Below are positions 60,014 through 64,000 of a stretch of DNA of 64,000 nucleotides, in pieces. The notes under the pieces were generated by a model that saw only the letters and a list, made by a program, of their open reading frames with translations, was not told the DNA's origin and did not search any database. The stretch is from Escherichia phage T5. Where the stretch lies: the sequence record AY587007.1; one strand, written 5' to 3'. How positions within the stretch are numbered: position 1 is the first letter of the stretch; each line of letters begins with the position of its first letter. Both the position numbers and the translations under genes were made by a program.

Positions 60014-60277
60014 GGTAAATGGAAGACATATTATAATGATGCCCAAAATAAGCGGCCTAAAACGCTTTCTAACGAGCCAAACGCTATAGGGTAATATTAA
60101 AGTAAAGCCTCACGCGTCGCCTGGTGGCTTCGCCGTGTTTTGCTCTTTACTATACCGCTGCGCGGTTAGCATAAAACTAGGCGCTAGGCAAGGAAAATAA
60201 AAAGGTAAAATAATATTTGCCTATGCTAGAAAATTACCTTTATCATTCACTCACCGATTAACGAGGGAGGCCAACAA

Positions 60278-61015
60278 ATGCGGCTATATAAACCAGATAA
60301 CGCAACCGTCTTAAAGGGCGCCTTGCGCAACCTGCTGGATGGTAGCAGGACAACCAGCATTAAACATTTTATTAACAAGGCTGAAACTATTCACCAAAAC
60401 TTTTTTAATGATTATGATGCCTATGATATGGATAGTTTTCTACCCCTATATAAGCAGGGGGCAACGATTATCTTATATAATCGTGATTGCCATATCTTTA
60501 CGGGCAGGGGAGCGGGGCCGGATACTGATTTTATTGTTGCGCAGGGTAATAATATCGTTGCGTATCATAGCAATTCAGGCCGTCAATCATTTAATATAAA
60601 TAATTTTGAGCTTGTTGGGCTTGAATTAATAAACGGACTTTCTAGCCTTGAGGGATTTTTAGATGTTATCTGGAAGTATTTATCTGCTGGATGGCATAGA
60701 CCTGATAGTGATGGATCTCAATATACGGCTGTAATGGCTTTTGATGGCGACGGTAATTTTTTATTACCATCGGAATTATATCCGTATGTATATAATGAGC
60801 TAGTACAAGAAGCGGGTTTTATTTTCTGGAAAGATGAGAATCAGATCATTGACAACACGGAAAAACATGCTGTAAATTCTAACACTCAAAGCGTTAACAC
60901 TCAAATCACTGAAAACAAAGGAAAAAATGCCATGACCAAGATCGCTAATATCGTTGCCGCTAATAAATCCGCCGTTGTAAATGCTGCAAAACTGGAAGCG
61001 GGCAAATTGCATTAA
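60278..61015 (+). CDS. hypothetical protein (first gene of the inverted-repeat-bracketed operon)
   Basis: 245 aa; GGAGG 7 nt upstream of the ATG. Confidence 0.5.
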   Translation: MRLYKPDNATVLKGALRNLLDGSRTTSIKHFINKAETIHQNFFNDYDAYDMDSFLPLYKQGATIILYNRDCHIFTGRGAGPDTDFIVAQGNNIVAYHSNSGRQSFNINNFELVGLELINGLSSLEGFLDVIWKYLSAGWHRPDSDGSQYTAVMAFDGDGNFLLPSELYPYVYNELVQEAGFIFWKDENQIIDNTEKHAVNSNTQSVNTQITENKGKNAMTKIANIVAANKSAVVNAAKLEAGKLH

Positions 61016-61053
61016 CTCAAATCACGAAAGTAGCGGCTAAAAAAGCACCATTT

Positions 61054-61287
61054 ATGATTAAAGGTTATATTGATACGCCTATTGGTCGGGTAGTTATTGC
61101 TAACCTGCTGAGCGTAGCGGTTGACCAGTACGCCCCTAGCAACCAAAAGGCGAAAGCGGTAGCGGGTGCAGCTATGGAAGCGGCTATGCTAGAAATGGTG
61201 CAAAGTTTTAACATCGCTGAAATGATTGATGAAATGGTGAAAGGTATTGATATTTCTACTTTTACCGTTAACACCGAAAGCGAGTAA
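61054..61287 (+). CDS. hypothetical protein
   Basis: 77 aa track ORF; weak RBS. Confidence 0.35.
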   Translation: MIKGYIDTPIGRVVIANLLSVAVDQYAPSNQKAKAVAGAAMEAAMLEMVQSFNIAEMIDEMVKGIDISTFTVNTESE

Positions 61288-61405
61288 TAATTAACCTAAT
61301 GTAAAGTTTTGTAAAGGTCGCCATAATCGGCGGCCTTTTTTGTTATAATGCCTTTACACCGTTTGAGGACGGTTGAAAATTTTCCCAAAATTTTGGAGGC
61401 TTAAA

Positions 61406-61636
61406 ATGGTTGCTTATTCTTCTTCTGACGCTCTTTTCACTGGAAAAGGCTGGGTATCAAATCGCTGGATCATTCAAGAAATGGTGCAGGAGTTCGGCAT
61501 TGCTAAAACTTACACTACCATTCAGGCGCTTTATGATAATGATCAAATCGATCAGCAAACGGCGGGCTTTTCGCTGGATACCCTGAAAGCGGAACACTGT
61601 ACTAAAAAACAAGCCGCCAAAATTGTTTTAATGTAA
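61406..61636 (+). CDS. hypothetical protein
   Basis: Trimmed from track ORF 61373-61636 to ATG 61406, which has GGAGG 6 nt upstream. Confidence 0.45.
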   Translation: MVAYSSSDALFTGKGWVSNRWIIQEMVQEFGIAKTYTTIQALYDNDQIDQQTAGFSLDTLKAEHCTKKQAAKIVLM

Positions 61637-61685
61637 TTAATAACGGGGCGTTACTTTCGCCCCACTAACTAGGGGAGTATTACAA

Positions 61686-61865
61686 ATGGTTATTTTTCGA
61701 GCTATTCTGGCAGGTATCTTGGGCGCTATTCTGACCCTTTTTGCTACCGCTTACGGTATTCAAGATTCTTATTGTGGTTTAGTAAATACTAAACCTATGG
61801 TTATTATTGGCGCGGGTATCGCTGTATTTTCTTATCTGCTGGGCTGCATGAATAAAGGAGAATAA
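61686..61865 (+). CDS. small hydrophobic membrane peptide (59 aa)
   Basis: Below track threshold; MVIFRAILAGILGAILTLFATAYG...MVIIGAGIAVFSYLLGCMNKGE has two hydrophobic helices; its stop region carries the RBS of the next gene. Confidence 0.4.
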   Translation: MVIFRAILAGILGAILTLFATAYGIQDSYCGLVNTKPMVIIGAGIAVFSYLLGCMNKGE

Positions 61866-61867
61866 AA

Positions 61868-62080
61868 ATGATCCGCAACGTTTCTCTTGCTCGTTCAAAG
61901 GGTTTTAAGCTGGTGGATGTTAACACATTCGAGCGGGAAGATTGTAAAATCGAATATGTAGCACGTAATAAAAACGCCTTTCGTGTTACAGAAAAGAAAT
62001 TTGATAAGCGCGGCAACGTGATAGCTGAAACGGTTAAACATTTTGCCACCTTTTACGCGGCTTTTCGTGGAGTGTTATAA
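61868..62080 (+). CDS. hypothetical protein
   Basis: 70 aa; AAAGGAG RBS upstream. Confidence 0.45.
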   Translation: MIRNVSLARSKGFKLVDVNTFEREDCKIEYVARNKNAFRVTEKKFDKRGNVIAETVKHFATFYAAFRGVL

Positions 62081-62081
62081 A

Positions 62082-62426
62082 ATGGTAATTTATGAAGGCA
62101 ATCGCTTTGTTGCTATTTGCCGACCGGGATTATTAGCAAACTACTTAAATCAGGTGTCACCTGAATATAAAGGCGTCATTAATATTTATGAGGGCAAGGC
62201 GCATTATAAGATTAATGCGGTCGTTGCCCGTGAATTAGCATTTCAATTTTTGACTTTCGCATCTTGTGATATTCAGGTCATGGGTGAAGCGTTAATTGCA
62301 GAAAATGAAGATGATTTTATTAATATCTTCCGCAAGGTATACACCGAGCGCCTGATAATGAAAGGCGCATATATTCAGTCAACTGCGGAAAGTATTGAAA
62401 CAGCTTTCAGAAAGGTGGCGCAATGA
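62082..62426 (+). CDS. hypothetical protein
   Basis: Trimmed from track ORF 62043-62426 to ATG 62082, directly after the upstream stop; GGAG 9 nt upstream. Confidence 0.45.
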   Translation: MVIYEGNRFVAICRPGLLANYLNQVSPEYKGVINIYEGKAHYKINAVVARELAFQFLTFASCDIQVMGEALIAENEDDFINIFRKVYTERLIMKGAYIQSTAESIETAFRKVAQ

Positions 62427-62518
62427 AGCTATATATTTTCGTTGGTAATGTTGAGGCTGCGAATGATTCCGCTGGTGGCGATAACGTTCGCCACTATTGG
62501 CAAAAATATATTTACTAG
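62423..62518 (+). CDS. hypothetical small peptide (31 aa)
   Basis: ATGA overlap with the upstream gene and AGGTGG RBS; weak evidence. Confidence 0.25.
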   Translation: MKLYIFVGNVEAANDSAGGDNVRHYWQKYIY

Positions 62519-62525
62519 GGTTATT

Positions 62526-62720
62526 ATGATTACACTGATTTGCGTTAAAGCCGAAGGCGACACGATAGCGCGAGAAGGGCAAAAATATAAAGCCCAAAAA
62601 GATCAATTACTCAAAACAATTGAGCGTTACAAAATACCCGATCTCAAGTATTCCGTAGTAGGACGCGATGGGATTCTAAGGGCGACACTTGAGAACGCTA
62701 TCTTTGAGATAGTCAACTAA
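62526..62720 (+). CDS. hypothetical protein
   Basis: Trimmed from track ORF 62442-62720 to ATG 62526. Confidence 0.35.
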   Translation: MITLICVKAEGDTIAREGQKYKAQKDQLLKTIERYKIPDLKYSVVGRDGILRATLENAIFEIVN

Positions 62721-62735
62721 TAACGGGGCGTTATT

Positions 62736-62939
62736 ATGAGCAATAAAATTATTGTGACCAAAACTACCACAATGGTAGACGTTTTTTATGTGCCCGATAC
62801 GCCGGAGAATCGGGGAGCGGTCGAGCGGGGCGAGTATGATAGCGTTATTTATGATGCCGATGGTTATTATCAGCATTTGGTCGATTCCTACGGGGAAGAG
62901 GAGAAGATCACGCATCGATTACCCGAGGGGGATTTATGA
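62736..62939 (+). CDS. hypothetical acidic protein
   Basis: 67 aa track ORF. Confidence 0.45.
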   Translation: MSNKIIVTKTTTMVDVFYVPDTPENRGAVERGEYDSVIYDADGYYQHLVDSYGEEEKITHRLPEGDL

Positions 62940-63049
62940 AACGATGGTTTAATCACTGGTATAAACGGTTTTTAGTACGGCATCGCAAGTCTAGACAGCA
63001 AGATGATTGGCGGGAAATGGCCAAGCGTAACAATTGCCCACTTCTCTGA
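62936..63049 (+). CDS. hypothetical small basic peptide (37 aa)
   Basis: ATGA overlap with the upstream ORF; followed directly by a terminator. Confidence 0.3.
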   Translation: MKRWFNHWYKRFLVRHRKSRQQDDWREMAKRNNCPLL

Positions 63050-63055
63050 TAACCG

Positions 63056-63078
63056 ACGGGGATCAGCTCCCCGTTTTT
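63056..63078 (+). terminator. rho-independent terminator closing the small-gene operon
   Basis: ACGGGGA-tcagc-TCCCCGT hairpin followed by TTTTT. Confidence 0.65.
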
Positions 63079-63192
63079 CACGCCTCCAGTTAAATCCCCC
63101 TTTGTTTTAGTATCCCCATCAAAATTAAACGCGTTAGAATGCGATCTAGGACGTTTTAGGCATATATTAGAATTATTCACTGCGTAGGAATA

Positions 63193-63322
63193 CTGTATAA
63201 ATATACAGTAGGATAACCTGGGGATAAGTCTGTTGATAACGCTTCAAAATGGCTAGGATTTTGTCAAGGCGAATCGTGCTGTTGATAAGTCTGTGGATAA
63301 CTTAAATAACAGTGTTTCTCAC
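63193..63322. repeat. right arm of the inverted repeat pair (DnaA boxes plus near-consensus SOS box)
   Basis: TGTGGATAA at 63292-63300; TGGGGATAA at 63219-63227; TGTTGATAA at 63231-63239 and 63280-63288; CTGTATAAATATACAG at 63193-63208 within TACTGTATAAATATACAGTA (63191-63210). Confidence 0.75.
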
Positions 63323-63327
63323 TTCCG

Positions 63328-63491
63328 TTTTTAAATACGAATCATTATCATTCGTATTCCGCTTTTTAAATGAGAATCATTCCGCTTTTTAAATGAGAAT
63401 CATTTCACTTCCTGAATAGTTCTCATTCCCTTTCTTAAATGAGAATCATTATCATTTGCATTTCACTTTTTAAATGAGATTGATTCTCATT
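63328..63491. repeat. array of five direct repeats of ~19 bp (TTTTTAAATGAGAATCATT)
   Basis: Copies begin at 63328, 63363, 63386, 63431 and 63467 with spacings of 23-45 bp; two copies extend into palindromes. Confidence 0.75.
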
Positions 63492-63543
63492 ATCATTCGC
63501 ATTCAGGCGAGCAGGCAATTGCCCTGCGCTTTTGTGCAAATCC

Positions 63544-63766
63544 GACATTTGCCCCCATGGATTACGCGTGGGCGTGTATGTGCAAATCCGACAATTTTTG
63601 GTAGTGTGCGAATCCGACCCGAAAAATTTTTATAGTGTGCAAATCCGACAATGAATTTTCCCAAAAACTCCAGCAATCACGAACTGCGTTCGAATCCTGT
63701 GGAATTAGCTAGAGTATGTGCAAATCCGACATGTGTTGAGATGTGCGAATCCGACAAGATTTTTGT
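63544..63766. repeat. array of six to seven direct repeats of 14 bp (GTGC[A/G]AATCCGAC[A/C])
   Basis: Copies at 63544-63557, 63590-63603, 63616-63629, 63647-63660, 63728-63741 and 63753-63766, plus a degenerate copy near 63689-63700; all in the same orientation. Confidence 0.75.
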
Positions 63767-63769
63767 GAC

Positions 63770-63960
63770 TTCGATGGGAGGGTGTGTGATTGTATGGGTT
63801 TGAGGGGAAGATGAGAGAGCGAGAGAAATTTGGGAGGCTAGAAGGATATGGGCGCAGGATTGGTGCGGAGCACCTGATTTGCGGGGATTTTGGGGAAGAG
63901 TTGAGATAATTTGGGAAGATTTGAGATAGGTGCAGAAAAAGTAAAATTTTATTAGCTAAA
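63770..63960. other. purine-rich, cytosine-poor tract with short TTTGGGA(A/G)G / TTTGAGATA repeats
   Basis: Plus strand is almost entirely G/A/T over ~190 bp; the minus-strand track ORF here is a low-complexity artefact. Confidence 0.5.
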
Positions 63961-64000
63961 GGGGGCAAAATAGCTTGACAAGTGAAAATTTCTGTGGATC

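Noticed and set aside
62953-63180. 75-aa minus-strand ORF with GTG start
   Set aside because: Overlaps the plus-strand operon terminator and the 3' ends of plus-strand genes; no RBS; likely spurious.
59884-63322. Insertion sequence or transposon interpretation of the inverted-repeat-bracketed cassette
   Set aside because: No transposase or recombinase ORF inside or nearby and no obvious target-site duplication; the arms look like regulatory or structural repeats.
63328-63766. Possible CRISPR array
   Set aside because: Repeats are only 14-19 bp, irregularly spaced (23-81 bp), of two unrelated families, and there are no cas genes; more consistent with iterons or binding-site arrays.
63705-63968. 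87-aa minus-strand ORF in the purine-rich tract
   Set aside because: Translation is a low-complexity Pro/Ser-rich artefact of a pyrimidine-rich minus strand; no RBS.

Overview
This window reads as about 64 kb of a T5-like (Tequintavirus, Demerecviridae) virulent siphophage genome. Several protein lengths match what I recall for T5 (pb1 1396 aa, pb2 1219, pb3 949, pb4 688, pb5 640, pb6 464, pb8 458, DNA polymerase 855, D15 flap endonuclease 291), but that is from memory and no database search was run. Three blocks: (i) 1-24 kb, plus-strand early replication/recombination module (P-loop initiator-like ATPase, split NAD-dependent ligase, DnaB-like helicase, DnaG-type primase, family A polymerase, SF2 helicase, SbcCD-like nuclease pair, Hjc-like nuclease, flap endonuclease, dUTPase) driven by a family of strong sigma70 promoters with a conserved downstream motif; (ii) 24.2-52.7 kb, minus-strand late structural module (L-shaped tail fibre, baseplate proteins, tape measure, tail tube, capsid, protease, decoration protein, portal, terminase, receptor-binding protein) interrupted by homing-endonuclease-like genes; (iii) 52.7-64 kb, pre-early/terminal-type region (llp lipoprotein, four coupled small membrane-peptide genes, dmp, A1, A2). 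The most unusual structure is in block iii: a 3.4-kb operon of about ten small unknown genes bracketed by two ~130-bp inverted repeats that each carry DnaA boxes and a near-consensus LexA/SOS box, followed by two arrays of iteron-like direct repeats and a purine-rich tract. No rRNA, tRNA, CRISPR array, integrase or transposase was found. Functional calls rest on motifs read directly from the translations; promoter and terminator calls on sequence pattern only.
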